Notes: generated by a model from the sequence alone, not told the origin. Counted from the stretch's first letter, positions 1-9,072 are shown. The stretch: DNA of 39,553 nt from Candidatus Woesearchaeota archaeon (GCA_018302185.1 JAGVZX010000110.1:1-39553), one strand, 5' to 3'. Made by a program: numbers and translations.

Positions 1-2
1 AT

Positions 3-179
3 GTTGAGGACGATTCTTTGCTTAAAGACTGCAAGTCATGCAAGCAAAAGCACTGTGCGCATTGCGATGTGCAGAATATTATTGAGGTTCATCAAAAAGA
101 AGCGGTTGATTTCTGTGATAAGCACAAGATAGAGGTCTATATTACTCAGGATTATATAGAGATTGTGCATAAGAAATGA
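3..179 (+). CDS. 3' end of a Cys-rich (CxxC-x4-CxxC) protein; 5' end is off-window
   Basis: Frame 3 is open from the window edge to TGA at 177-179. It reads VEDDSLLKDCKSCKQKHCAHCDVQNIIEVHQKEAVDFCDKHKIEVYITQDYIEIVHKK. It is absent from the supplied ORF track because it is edge-truncated (58 aa). No family recognised. Confidence 0.3.
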   Translation, partial: VEDDSLLKDCKSCKQKHCAHCDVQNIIEVHQKEAVDFCDKHKIEVYITQDYIEIVHKK

Positions 180-200
180 AAGTAGTTGAAAAAATATTGT

Positions 201-788
201 TTATTTCACAATCGCCCTGTTCTTAACATTATTGACGATCGAGCTTAACAATGCTTCTCCTTTTTTTAACTCATCTTTAAACTTTTTTTTAGTGTAGATA
301 AGCGGATTGATTGTAACTCCTGAAACTACTGACATCTCTCTGCATGCTTTGCCGACTAATTTGTTATCCTCATTCACAAACAACAAATCAATGTCACTGT
401 TTTTGGTTGCGTTGCCGGTAACATAAGAGCCAAATAAATATATCTTATCGCTGCTATTAAACAGCTTCTTATTGCTGAAAATTAAGGCAAGCACTGCTTT
501 TAGGGCATCAGACCTGTCGACGATTTTATAAAGATGGTATTCTTCGAGAACAATTATGACTGGTTCAGAATCATAATCTTTGCTCATAGAATATTGTATC
601 TCATTGCCTATCTCTTTTTTAACTACAATTTTAGCTTTATACAAGGAATTTAAAATCCTAAAACTTTGAGAAGGGTTCATCTTTAGTTTTCTGGATATGT
701 TCCTCAGATAATCCTGCCCTTCTGCATATATCTCAAACAGCACATCTAATTTTCCTTTGCTCAACGGCAATAGTTTTGTGATGCTCAT
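201..788 (-). CDS. Minimal nucleotidyltransferase (MNT) with N-terminal winged-helix domain; antitoxin-like partner of the upstream HEPN gene
   Basis: LFGSYVTGNATKNSDIDLLFV matches the GS-x9/10-DxD MNT signature. The N-terminal 70 aa (DYLRNISRKLKMNPSQSFRILNSLYKAKIV) looks like a wHTH. There is a 4-nt overlap with the upstream HEPN ORF. Confidence 0.8.
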   Translation of the reverse strand: MSITKLLPLSKGKLDVLFEIYAEGQDYLRNISRKLKMNPSQSFRILNSLYKAKIVVKKEIGNEIQYSMSKDYDSEPVIIVLEEYHLYKIVDRSDALKAVLALIFSNKKLFNSSDKIYLFGSYVTGNATKNSDIDLLFVNEDNKLVGKACREMSVVSGVTINPLIYTKKKFKDELKKGEALLSSIVNNVKNRAIVK

Positions 789-1318
789 AATAAGCCTGCC
801 AGAATCCTGATATTATTCTTTATTTTTTCCAATTCAGATTCAATATCTTTCTTTGTGACCTCTTCCCATGCCTTTGGCTTATATAATGCAAAATTTCTTT
901 GTATCCTAAAATCATCTATGTCCTGTATTGCATCTTCTGAGGTTATTGCACTGTCTGCAGGATTATCTTTGCTTACATCTTCAATGATCAAGTGCAGCTT
1001 GGAAGCAATCTCATCAGTGATTATATTCCTTTTTAGCAATGCTGTTAAGATGCAGCTATGGTCTTTGGAATAATATCCTAAGTTTTTGACCAATAATGCG
1101 TTGAGCATATGAAACAATGCTTGATATGCTTTTATTCTTGCCCAATAATAATCCTCATTCTTAAAGTCATTATCTGCTGATGCAATGTCTTTTTGGCTTC
1201 TTATAACATAATCTGAGAAAGTGTTATTGTCTATTTTCCTCAATTTTTTCTTGCTTTCACATGCTAGATAGGCTCTTTCTAATGCTTTCTCTGTTTTTGG
1301 CAATCTTGTCTTATTCAT
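785..1318 (-). CDS. HEPN domain protein (toxin-like partner of the MNT)
   Basis: The helical protein contains ARIKAYQALFHMLNALLVKNLGYYSKDHSCILTALL, which is typical of HEPN (PF05168-like). It forms an operon with the MNT gene, overlapping it by 4 nt. Confidence 0.7.
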   Translation of the reverse strand: MNKTRLPKTEKALERAYLACESKKKLRKIDNNTFSDYVIRSQKDIASADNDFKNEDYYWARIKAYQALFHMLNALLVKNLGYYSKDHSCILTALLKRNIITDEIASKLHLIIEDVSKDNPADSAITSEDAIQDIDDFRIQRNFALYKPKAWEEVTKKDIESELEKIKNNIRILAGLL

Positions 1319-1330
1319 TGTTCCGAAAAA

Positions 1331-1373
1331 GTAAACAGTTGTTTACTAATTAGTAAACACTTCAAATATATAA
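1331..1373 (-). promoter_or_regulatory. Promoter/operator of the HEPN-MNT operon: TATA-like box plus three GTAAACA half-sites, including a perfect 20-bp palindrome
   Basis: tgtttactaattagtaaaca (1340-1359) is its own reverse complement. A further GTAAACA lies at 1331-1337. An aaatatataa box (1364-1373) lies just upstream relative to the minus-strand ATG at 1318. Confidence 0.45.
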
Positions 1374-1432
1374 GCTTTTCTAAATAAACCGATTTTTAAT
1401 GCAAATCCCTATTTTTTTCAACGTATGTTATA

Positions 1433-2053
1433 TCATCCACCTTGCCTTATTATCTCGCTGCTCACTTCATCAGCAGTATCTGGATTAAGCGCAAATCCGA
1501 TGCCTTCAAAGCCTGATATCTTATAGTTATTAATCCCAACAATCCTTCCTGCAGTATTGACCAAAGGCCCTCCAGAATTGCCTGGATTTATTGGCACATC
1601 TGTCTGCGTGTATAGCATCCCATTAGACGCTTTCCTGTTGACTGCGCTTACAATGCCTTCTGTAACAGTGAATGAATAGCCTCCAGGATTTCCTAATGCA
1701 ATTACCTTCTCGCCCTGCTTTACGTTTGAATAATCTTCAAACCTTAGCTTAGAATAGTTGTTGCTGCTTATCTTCAGCACTGCAACATCGCTTGTTGGCT
1801 CTCTGCCTATTAATTTTGCAGTGTACAGATAATTATCATGCGCCAGAACTTTTATAGTCTTTGCTGTGCTTATAACATGGTCGTTTGTTATTATGTAGCC
1901 ATCGTCTCTTATGAATGCGCCAGAGCCTTGGCCTTTGTCTGTCAAAACGCTGACTACTGATGGAAGCACCTTATCAATTATTGCAGAAAAATCAGAGCTT
2001 TTTACCTGGACATCGCTAATCTGGCCTTCCAAGTTTGACTTTAATTCATCCAA
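1433..2053 (-). CDS. Trypsin-like serine protease domain (HtrA/DegP-like, no PDZ); 3' part of a gene split by an 11-nt duplication
   Basis: The catalytic triad contexts are present: ITNDHVI (His), SDVAVLKI (Asp), GNSGGPLVN (Ser). The track start is a TTG, and the frame stays open upstream of it. Confidence 0.85.
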   Translation of the reverse strand: MDELKSNLEGQISDVQVKSSDFSAIIDKVLPSVVSVLTDKGQGSGAFIRDDGYIITNDHVISTAKTIKVLAHDNYLYTAKLIGREPTSDVAVLKISSNNYSKLRFEDYSNVKQGEKVIALGNPGGYSFTVTEGIVSAVNRKASNGMLYTQTDVPINPGNSGGPLVNTAGRIVGINNYKISGFEGIGFALNPDTADEVSSEIIRQGG

Positions 2054-2091
2054 TTTTAGGTTGCTGTCTTGCTCAGTTTTCTTGACTAATT

Positions 2092-2412
2092 CTAGAACTG
2101 CTTGAGAACTGCTTGTAGCTTTTCCTGATTTTCTTTTTTCAAGCCAGAGACCATGTTGTTGAATAAGATATTTTGGTTATCTAAAGCAGAATTCAATTCT
2201 GTTATTTTTGTGTTAAGATTGTCATTCACTAAACTCAGCTTTTCATTATAGCTTCTTGCATTTGCAGCCAATGCATCCTGAAGAATTCCAAGCTTATTGC
2301 TGTAATCTTCCTTTAATCTGGTTGAGGTGTAATAATTTACAGATAATAGTGCGCTGACTGCCAACAATAAGATGATTGCGTAGATGAGATGGTGCTTATG
2401 CTCTCTGTCCAT
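2092..2412 (-). CDS. N-terminal membrane anchor plus coiled-coil segment; probable 5' part of the split protease gene
   Basis: HHLIYAIILLLAVSALLSVNYY is a predicted TM helix, followed by a heptad-like segment. The ORF ends inside the 11-nt duplication. Confidence 0.6.
   Translation of the reverse strand: MDREHKHHLIYAIILLLAVSALLSVNYYTSTRLKEDYSNKLGILQDALAANARSYNEKLSLVNDNLNTKITELNSALDNQNILFNNMVSGLKKENQEKLQAVLKQF
2094..2115. repeat. Perfect 11-nt tandem duplication (agaactgcttg x2) at the junction of the two protease ORFs
   Basis: Read directly: 2094-2104 is identical to 2105-2115. Confidence 0.95.
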
Positions 2413-2487
2413 GGGATAGCTTGTATCCGAATAATTATATAAAACTTGTGGATGAGAGATACATAGGTTGCATAAAGATATTATTCA

Positions 2488-2838
2488 TCACTCTTTCACC
2501 ATTATCTCGCTTGCAGCAACCTTAACAAGCTCAACATTATCAAGAACATGCTCTTTAACGTCCTTCAACTGCTGCTTTGGTCCTATGCATGCATGCCATA
2601 CACCATTTACGTTTGCTATAACTAAATCTTCGCCTTTCTCGACAGGCATCAGCACAAAAGTCTTTAGCTCATTTATCGCAAGCTCTTTTTTCTGCTGCTT
2701 TGCCTTGAAAACAAAATATGCATCTTTCAATTTCTTGAAATCGGTGTAGATGTTCGCAAAGGTAATTGGTTGGTTATTTTGATTGCTATTACTATTATTC
2801 TCAGCTTTTGCTGTCAGCATGAAATATTTTGGTTGCAT
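2488..2838 (-). CDS. Hypothetical protein
   Basis: The ORF lies downstream of cysS. I prefer the ATG at 2838 (MQPKYFMLTAKAE...) over the TTG at 2880, which abuts the cysS stop. No motif recognised. Confidence 0.45.
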   Translation of the reverse strand: MQPKYFMLTAKAENNSNSNQNNQPITFANIYTDFKKLKDAYFVFKAKQQKKELAINELKTFVLMPVEKGEDLVIANVNGVWHACIGPKQQLKDVKEHVLDNVELVKVAASEIMVKE

Positions 2839-2880
2839 AGAAAATAATGTATAACTAATTAGGTTATAAAGCTTTCTCAA

Positions 2881-4323
2881 CTATCCCTTTCTCCACTTGA
2901 CTCCCAGTGGAGTATCATCCAGAAGAATGCCTTTTGCCTTAAGGTCGTCCCTTATCTTGTCTGCTGCCTTGAAGTCTTTTTTCTTTCTCGCAGCTTCTCT
3001 TTGCTCTATCAAAGCTTCAATTTCTTTGTCCAATGATTCCTTCTCTCTTTCTAAAACACCAAGAACTTCATCAAATTCTTTTATTGCCATCACACATCTG
3101 TCTGCATCTTCTGAGCTAAGATTCTGTTCCAGCATCAATGCATTGATCTCTCTCATAAAATCAAATATTGCAGCTAGCGCTCCTGAAGTGTTAAGGTCAT
3201 TGTCCATCTCCTTTTCAAAATCTTGATTTACTTTTGTAATTAATGCAATGACTTTTTTGTTGCTGTCTTCTGTATATTTTTTGCTGCTTTTTTTATCATT
3301 GCTTTCATTTTTTGCATTCACAAACATCTCTAATTTATCCAAAAATTCAAACATCCTGTCAACTGATTGCTGCGCAGCTTTCAGTCCATCAAAAGTAAAA
3401 TTCAAAGGCTGCCTGTAGTTTGTAGACAATAAAAGATAACGAACAGCTTTTGGTGAATAACCCATTGCCAAAACATCTCTCAAAGTATAGAAATTATTGA
3501 AGCGCTTGCTCATCTTTTTGCCTTCGACCATCATGTACTCATTATGCAGCCAGTAATTCACAAAGTTTTTGCCAAATGCGCCTTCGCTTTGGGCAATCTC
3601 ATTAGTATGATGAGGGAATATCAGATCTATTCCTCCTGTATGGATATCAAAGCTTTCTCCCAAATATTTGCCTGACATTGCAGAGCATTCGATGTGCCAG
3701 CCAGGCCTTCCTTTGCCATACTCAGTCTCCCAGAACACATCTCCATCATTTGGATCCCATGCTTTCCATAATGCAAAATCCTGCGCATTTTCTTTCTCAT
3801 ATTCATCTGCTTTTACTCTTGAACCAGCTTGCAATTCATCTGCCTTAAAATTTAATCCTGCAAGCTTTCCATAATTTTTGAATGAAGAGATCTTGAAATA
3901 AACGCTTCCATCTTGGATGTAAGTGTGCCCGTTCTTCTCCAGCTTTTTTATTAATTCAATCATCTCTTTAATGTGCTCAGTAGCTTTTGGAAATACTTTT
4001 GCGCGCTTTAGGTTAAGAGTTTCAATGTCCTCAAAGAATGCTTTGTTGTATCTCTCTGTAAATTCGATTAATCCAATTCCCTCTTTTTGTGAATCTCTTA
4101 TGGTTTTATCATCTACATCAGTCAGATTCATGACCTGAAATACATCATATCCAGAATATTCAAGGTATCTTCTAAGTATGTCGCTGCATACATAAGCCCT
4201 GAAGTTTCCGATGTGAGCGAAGTTATAAACCGTAGGGCCGCAATTATACATCTTTACCTTATTTTTCTCCAATGGCTTGAATTCCTCAAGCTTTCTTCTC
4301 AATGTGTTAAATACTTTCAGCAT
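2881..4323 (-). CDS. cysS: Cysteinyl-tRNA synthetase
   Basis: Class I signatures HIGNFR (HIGH) and KMSKR (KMSKS) are present. So is the conserved Zn/Cys-binding context CGPTVY...WHIECS...HHTNE. The start may be 4332 (MNHM) or 4323 (MLKVFNTL, the typical CysRS N-terminus). Confidence 0.95.
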   Translation of the reverse strand: MLKVFNTLRRKLEEFKPLEKNKVKMYNCGPTVYNFAHIGNFRAYVCSDILRRYLEYSGYDVFQVMNLTDVDDKTIRDSQKEGIGLIEFTERYNKAFFEDIETLNLKRAKVFPKATEHIKEMIELIKKLEKNGHTYIQDGSVYFKISSFKNYGKLAGLNFKADELQAGSRVKADEYEKENAQDFALWKAWDPNDGDVFWETEYGKGRPGWHIECSAMSGKYLGESFDIHTGGIDLIFPHHTNEIAQSEGAFGKNFVNYWLHNEYMMVEGKKMSKRFNNFYTLRDVLAMGYSPKAVRYLLLSTNYRQPLNFTFDGLKAAQQSVDRMFEFLDKLEMFVNAKNESNDKKSSKKYTEDSNKKVIALITKVNQDFEKEMDNDLNTSGALAAIFDFMREINALMLEQNLSSEDADRCVMAIKEFDEVLGVLEREKESLDKEIEALIEQREAARKKKDFKAADKIRDDLKAKGILLDDTPLGVKWRKG

Positions 4324-4328
4324 ATGGT

Positions 4329-5312
4329 TCACCTGCCTCTACTGTTGCCGCCTGCAGCAACTGCTTCTCTATATGGTGTCAAATCAATCCCTCCAATTGC
4401 ATTACAGTAGTTCTCAAAGAAGGGTGTGTTAATAACACTATCAAAGTGACCTTTTTCAAGTCCTTCTTGAATTGTATGCCTTAGGATTTTTTTAAATTTA
4501 TTAGGATGACCATCACTAATCGGGTTTGAAATTCTCTTTATAATTCTTTCATATAAAACACTTATTGCTCTTCCGGAAGCATAAGGTAAACAGCACAACC
4601 CTTCAGCTAAATTGTGGTCAATAATAGGATCTTGTATCCAATTGAACAATACTGTGTTAATATCTGTTTGCGCTGAACCAAGATATGCTCTTGCTGCATC
4701 ATAATTTTGTGCACCATCAATATAAGCAAGACCGATCAATGCCCTTAGTCCCTCTGAACCATTATGCTTATCTTTTTGGTAAAGCTCAATAGCTTCATCA
4801 TATAGTCCATTGCTTACCAATGCCTTAATTAAAAGACATGATAAATCTCTACGCTCATGCCAAGAAGCTTTACTATACAATTCTCTTGCTACTTCTAATG
4901 CTTTTTGCTTATCAGTAACCATATAAATTTCAACCAATATTTCAGCAGCAACTTGTCTTTGGAAGCGTGCAGTAAGTCCTCCACCTGTAGATGCTCTCAA
5001 TCTTTCCAGACGGTCAATGCTCTCTTCAAACATTCCCATCCAATTATAACCTAAACCTAAGAAAAATAAACTAGATGGTCTTGGTTCATGGCCATTTACC
5101 TTATCCATCTGCACTATCTTTTCTAACGCACTAATAGTTTCAAGTGGATCAGGTCTTTTCTTAAGTTTCTTGGTTCTTCCTTCAAATAGTTTTACTACTG
5201 AATAAGGCATTCTATCTCCTATTCTTCGCTCAACCATGCTAAGAGCTTCATCGTAATTATCTTCTCTTAGTCTGCTTCTAACATCTGACCAAAGCCCTAG
5301 GGTTTCCAACAT
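4329..5312 (-). CDS. Hypothetical helical-repeat (TPR-like?) protein
   Basis: A 327-aa ORF with no competing ORF on either strand. Repeated helix-pair-like segments occur (YDEALSMVERRIG, YDEAIELYQKD, YDAARAYLGSA). No catalytic motif recognised. Confidence 0.55.
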   Translation of the reverse strand: MLETLGLWSDVRSRLREDNYDEALSMVERRIGDRMPYSVVKLFEGRTKKLKKRPDPLETISALEKIVQMDKVNGHEPRPSSLFFLGLGYNWMGMFEESIDRLERLRASTGGGLTARFQRQVAAEILVEIYMVTDKQKALEVARELYSKASWHERRDLSCLLIKALVSNGLYDEAIELYQKDKHNGSEGLRALIGLAYIDGAQNYDAARAYLGSAQTDINTVLFNWIQDPIIDHNLAEGLCCLPYASGRAISVLYERIIKRISNPISDGHPNKFKKILRHTIQEGLEKGHFDSVINTPFFENYCNAIGGIDLTPYREAVAAGGNSRGR

Positions 5313-5377
5313 TTTTAATCTCCAATATCTAATTATTGTTATTTTAATTATTAACTAAAATTTATTCAATCTCCTTT

Positions 5378-5938
5378 CTACTCATGCTTCCTTTTGCTTG
5401 GCTGCAGAGTAAGGTCAACTTTCTTCCCTTCTAATTTAACGATCCTTCCAGGCGTTCCAACAACTGTCGCATGGTCTGGTACATCATGATTAATTATAAA
5501 TGTTTCTGCTCCGATCTTCACATTATTGCCGACATAGATTGGGCCAAGCAAGGTAGCAGCTGTGCCTATCAAAACATTATTGCCTATCGTAGGATGCCTT
5601 TTGCCTGCATGCTTTCCAGTGCCGCCTAATGTTACATTATGGAACAAGACGCAATTTCTTCCAATCTCTGCAGTCTCTCCAATAACTATCCCATGCCCAT
5701 GGTCTGCAAAAAAACCTTTACCTATTCTTGCACCAGGATGAATTTCTATCAAAGTTATGAATTTCATGAACTCAGAGATCAATCTTGGTATGAATGGCAC
5801 GCCTAGCTTATAGAGAGGATTGCTTATATACCTATGGACAACAATGGCTCTTAAGCATGGATATATCAAGACTTCCAAGCCATGTGCAGCTGGATCATTT
5901 CTGTAGATTGCTTTTATGTCTTCAAACAAATGGTTCAC
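5378..5938 (-). CDS. cysE: Serine O-acetyltransferase
   Basis: IHPGARIGKGFFADHGHGIVIGETAEIGRNCVLFHNVTLGGTGK..KRHPTIGNNVLIGTAA is the CysE hexapeptide core. Confidence 0.9.
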   Translation of the reverse strand: MNHLFEDIKAIYRNDPAAHGLEVLIYPCLRAIVVHRYISNPLYKLGVPFIPRLISEFMKFITLIEIHPGARIGKGFFADHGHGIVIGETAEIGRNCVLFHNVTLGGTGKHAGKRHPTIGNNVLIGTAATLLGPIYVGNNVKIGAETFIINHDVPDHATVVGTPGRIVKLEGKKVDLTLQPSKRKHE

Positions 5939-5991
5939 CTATTATCAAATATCTATTTATTTTATGCAACTATCTTTATTTATTCCTTATT

Positions 5992-7191
5992 CTATATCTT
6001 ATCAAGTGCTTGCTCAATATCCTTGATCAGATCATCAACATCCTCGATGCCAACAGATAATCTCAACAAAGCATCACTTAACCCAATCTTTAATCTATGT
6101 TCTCTTGGAACAGATGCATGTGTCATGCTGGCAGGATGACCAATTATGCTTTCTACTCCCCCTAAACTCTCTCCGAGAGCAAATAACTTCAAGCTGGTTG
6201 CAAACTTTACAGCATCTTCAAAGCTTCCATTTAACTCAATTGAAATCATGCCGCCAAATCCTGTCATCTGCTTTTTTGCAAGCTCATGCTGGAGATGTGA
6301 TTTTAAGCCAGGGTAATTGACGGTCTTTACTTTCTTGTGCGCAGATAAATATTCAGCGATCTTCTGCGCATTCTTATTGTGCTGCTCCATCCTAAGAGCT
6401 AATGTTTTTATGCCGCGCAAAGTTAGCCAGCAGTCAAATGGGCTAGGTACTGCGCCGATGGCATTCTGGAAAAATTTTAACTCTTTATAGTTTGTTTCGT
6501 CATTTAATATAATAGCACCTCCAACAACATCACTATGGCCATTGATATATTTCGTTGTGCTATGTACTACAATATCTGCGCCTAACAATAATGGCTTTTG
6601 GAAATACGGAGACATGAATGTGTTGTCAACGACAATCAAGGGATAGCCAGAATTTTTTGACTTTAGTTCCATGAGTTTATTTAATTGCGCAACTGCCTTT
6701 AAGTCAGTCAATCTCAATAATGGGTTTGTAGGTGTCTCTAGCCAGATCATCTTTGTAGTCTCATCTAATTCCTTCTCAATATTCTTGACATCAGTTGCAT
6801 CTACATATGCAAATTTAATTCCGTATCTCTCATACGCTTTTACGAAAATCCTTCTGCTGCCACCATATAAGTCATCGCTGGCAATTACCTTATCTCCTGG
6901 CTTTAATAATCTAAGAACACAGTCGATTGCTCCCAAGCCAGAGGCAAATGCCAACCCAAATCTGCCATGTTCCAATGCAGCAAGATTTCTTTCTAATGCT
7001 GCTCTAGTAGGATTTCCGCTTCTAGAATATTCATAGCCGCGATGTTTGCCAGGCGCTTCCTGCCAGTAAGTAGTGCTCATATGCAAAGGAGTGATTACTG
7101 CGCCTGTCTCTTTATCTGTTTCGCTGCCTATGTGGATAGCGTTTGTTGCGAATTTCCATGCCTTATTGTTATCTATTTTATTTTCCGCCAT
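5992..7191 (-). CDS. Cys/Met-metabolism PLP enzyme (cystathionine gamma-lyase/gamma-synthase family)
   Basis: HSTTKYINGHSDVVGG contains the PLP lysine. YSRSGNPT, VWLETPTNPLL and the C-terminal RLSVGIED are family hallmarks. Confidence 0.85.
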   Translation of the reverse strand: MAENKIDNNKAWKFATNAIHIGSETDKETGAVITPLHMSTTYWQEAPGKHRGYEYSRSGNPTRAALERNLAALEHGRFGLAFASGLGAIDCVLRLLKPGDKVIASDDLYGGSRRIFVKAYERYGIKFAYVDATDVKNIEKELDETTKMIWLETPTNPLLRLTDLKAVAQLNKLMELKSKNSGYPLIVVDNTFMSPYFQKPLLLGADIVVHSTTKYINGHSDVVGGAIILNDETNYKELKFFQNAIGAVPSPFDCWLTLRGIKTLALRMEQHNKNAQKIAEYLSAHKKVKTVNYPGLKSHLQHELAKKQMTGFGGMISIELNGSFEDAVKFATSLKLFALGESLGGVESIIGHPASMTHASVPREHRLKIGLSDALLRLSVGIEDVDDLIKDIEQALDKI

Positions 7192-7194
7192 TGT

Positions 7195-8244
7195 TTAATA
7201 CTTCCACACTTCAAACTCTCCTAATATATTTTTGCTCAAATAACGGTCAACTCTATCTGGAAAAATGGTTACTATATTAATGGTTTTTGAAATTCCAGTC
7301 TTGGTTTGTTGTTCAAGCTCTCTTTCAGCAACCATCTTAGCAGCGACTGCAGCAGCTGCGCTTGAACTACCAACAAACAATCCTTCTTTTGAGCCAAGCA
7401 GTTTGATCATATCATGCACATCTTTATCTCCTATCGTAAATACTTCATCGATCAGCTCTTGCACAAGGTTTTTGCTTGTAGCAAGATTATCAACTCCAAT
7501 GCCTTCTGTCTTATGCTTGCCAGCAGGCTTTCCTGCAATTATGCTGCCTTGCGGCTCAACAACATATGTCTTAACATATGGTAATTTTTCTTTTAAAAAT
7601 TTAGCTGCACCTGAAAATGTACCTCCTGTACCAACTCCAGAAATAAAATAATCTATCTTGCCGTCTAGCTGCTCGAAAATTTCTCTTCCTGTTGTCTCAT
7701 AATGAGCTCTTGCATTGCTAGGATTTGAAAATTGTTGTGGTATAAAGCTTTCTGGCATCAATCTATGAATCTGATTGGCTTTTTCTATTGCACCTTCCAT
7801 GCCAAATTCTGTTGGTGTGTTAATAATTTGAGCACCAAGTGCTTTCATCAGCTGCTGTTTTTCGATGCTGAATCTTTCTGGTACAGTAAATATGACTTTA
7901 TATCCGAGCTGTGAAGCAACAACAGCTAGGCCAATGCCTGTATTGCCAGCTGTAGGCTCGATTATCGTATATCCTTGCATTAATTTACCAGCTTTTTCTG
8001 CATCTCTTATCATGAATAATGCAGTCCTGTCCTTGACACTGCCACCTGGGTTATTGAACTCAAGCTTTGCAAATATGTTGATGCGGATATTATTGTTATC
8101 AGTATTGTTGTTATTATTGCTAGGATTATTCTTGTCAGTAGTAGCATTATCTTTTTGCTGTTTATCTGCATCAATTAAATTATTCAATCTAATTAAAGGC
8201 GTGTTGCCGATGAGGTCTAAGACATTATTTGCAATCTTTTTCAT
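7195..8244 (-). CDS. cysK: Cysteine synthase / cystathionine beta-synthase family PLP enzyme with an Asn-rich insertion
   Basis: IGNTPLIRLN...KLEFNNPGGSVKDR contains the PLP lysine. TAGNTGIGLA and GVGTGGTFSG are also present. The symbol is tentative, because OASS and CBS cannot be told apart by eye. Confidence 0.85.
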   Translation of the reverse strand: MKKIANNVLDLIGNTPLIRLNNLIDADKQQKDNATTDKNNPSNNNNNTDNNNIRINIFAKLEFNNPGGSVKDRTALFMIRDAEKAGKLMQGYTIIEPTAGNTGIGLAVVASQLGYKVIFTVPERFSIEKQQLMKALGAQIINTPTEFGMEGAIEKANQIHRLMPESFIPQQFSNPSNARAHYETTGREIFEQLDGKIDYFISGVGTGGTFSGAAKFLKEKLPYVKTYVVEPQGSIIAGKPAGKHKTEGIGVDNLATSKNLVQELIDEVFTIGDKDVHDMIKLLGSKEGLFVGSSSAAAAVAAKMVAERELEQQTKTGISKTINIVTIFPDRVDRYLSKNILGEFEVWKY

Positions 8245-8421
8245 GTAATCACCTTGTAAATGTTTAATATATATTGTCGTTGTTAATGAGTATCAGTTAA
8301 AAAGTTTATCAAAAAACAATTAAAAGATAGTGGAAATCAATGTAACTAAACTTATCAAAATGAAAGAATTCAACAGCAACAAGCAGTATTGTCTGGTATC
8401 ATAGCTTTAAAAAAACCGAAC

Positions 8422-8433
8422 AAATATATAAAT
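8422..8433 (+). promoter_or_regulatory. TATA-box-like element for the 8454 gene
   Basis: aaatatataaat lies 21-32 nt upstream of the ATG at 8454. The same spacing recurs at many genes in this window. Confidence 0.4.
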
Positions 8434-8453
8434 GTTGTTCTTTATGCCTTAAA

Positions 8454-9005
8454 ATGGCAAATACTAAGGCAAAGTATACTAATATAATCAAAAACTTCAA
8501 AAAGGCTGCAAACCAGATTACTTTACTAAGGATCCTGCTCTTGCCTTTCATGTATTACCTTGCATATTACAACAACAAGCAGGCATTCACTCTCCTGTTC
8601 ATAATTGCAGGGATTACAGATGCAATCGACGGCTATGTTGCAAGAAGATTCAAGCAATCATCAAAGTTTGGTGTTAAGCTTGACAGTTTTGCAGACTATC
8701 TGATCTACTTGTCATTGGTGCCTTGGCTTTATTTCCTGGAAAAAGATTTCTTTGCAGACAAAGTATGGTGGATAGTTATCCTTATAAGTCTTTTTTTACT
8801 GCTCCAGGCAGTTAACTTACTCAGGCACAGGGAATTTATAGCGATGCATACTTCTCTTGGAAAAGTGACTGCAGTGATGCTGTATATTGTAGTGATAAAC
8901 GGATTGCTGCGAGGATTTACAACTCTTGTATTCTATTCGATCTATTCACTAGGTGTATTAGCAGTTTTGGAATCACTGATAATGGCACTAAAGAAAAAAG
9001 CATAA
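8454..9005 (+). CDS. CDP-alcohol phosphatidyltransferase family membrane protein
   Basis: DAIDGYVARRFKQSSKFGVKLDSFADYL matches D-G-x2-A-R-x8-G-x3-D-x3-D. Several hydrophobic helices are present. Confidence 0.8.
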   Translation: MANTKAKYTNIIKNFKKAANQITLLRILLLPFMYYLAYYNNKQAFTLLFIIAGITDAIDGYVARRFKQSSKFGVKLDSFADYLIYLSLVPWLYFLEKDFFADKVWWIVILISLFLLLQAVNLLRHREFIAMHTSLGKVTAVMLYIVVINGLLRGFTTLVFYSIYSLGVLAVLESLIMALKKKA

Positions 9006-9072
9006 TATGAGAAAATTAAAAAAGCATAAATCAGGATATTAAGTAAGAGAATCATATATAAAAAGTCCCACA

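Noticed and set aside
855-8248. Many 60-130-aa ORFs antisense to long conserved genes in the left third (for example 855-1073, 1911-2105, 2468-2749, 2897-3226, 3668-3874, 6671-7036, 7265-7651, 7865-8248)
   Set aside because: These are shadow ORFs inside genes with clear family signatures on the opposite strand. Their translations are Ser/Leu/Phe/Cys-rich and low in complexity, which is typical of antisense frames in low-GC DNA.
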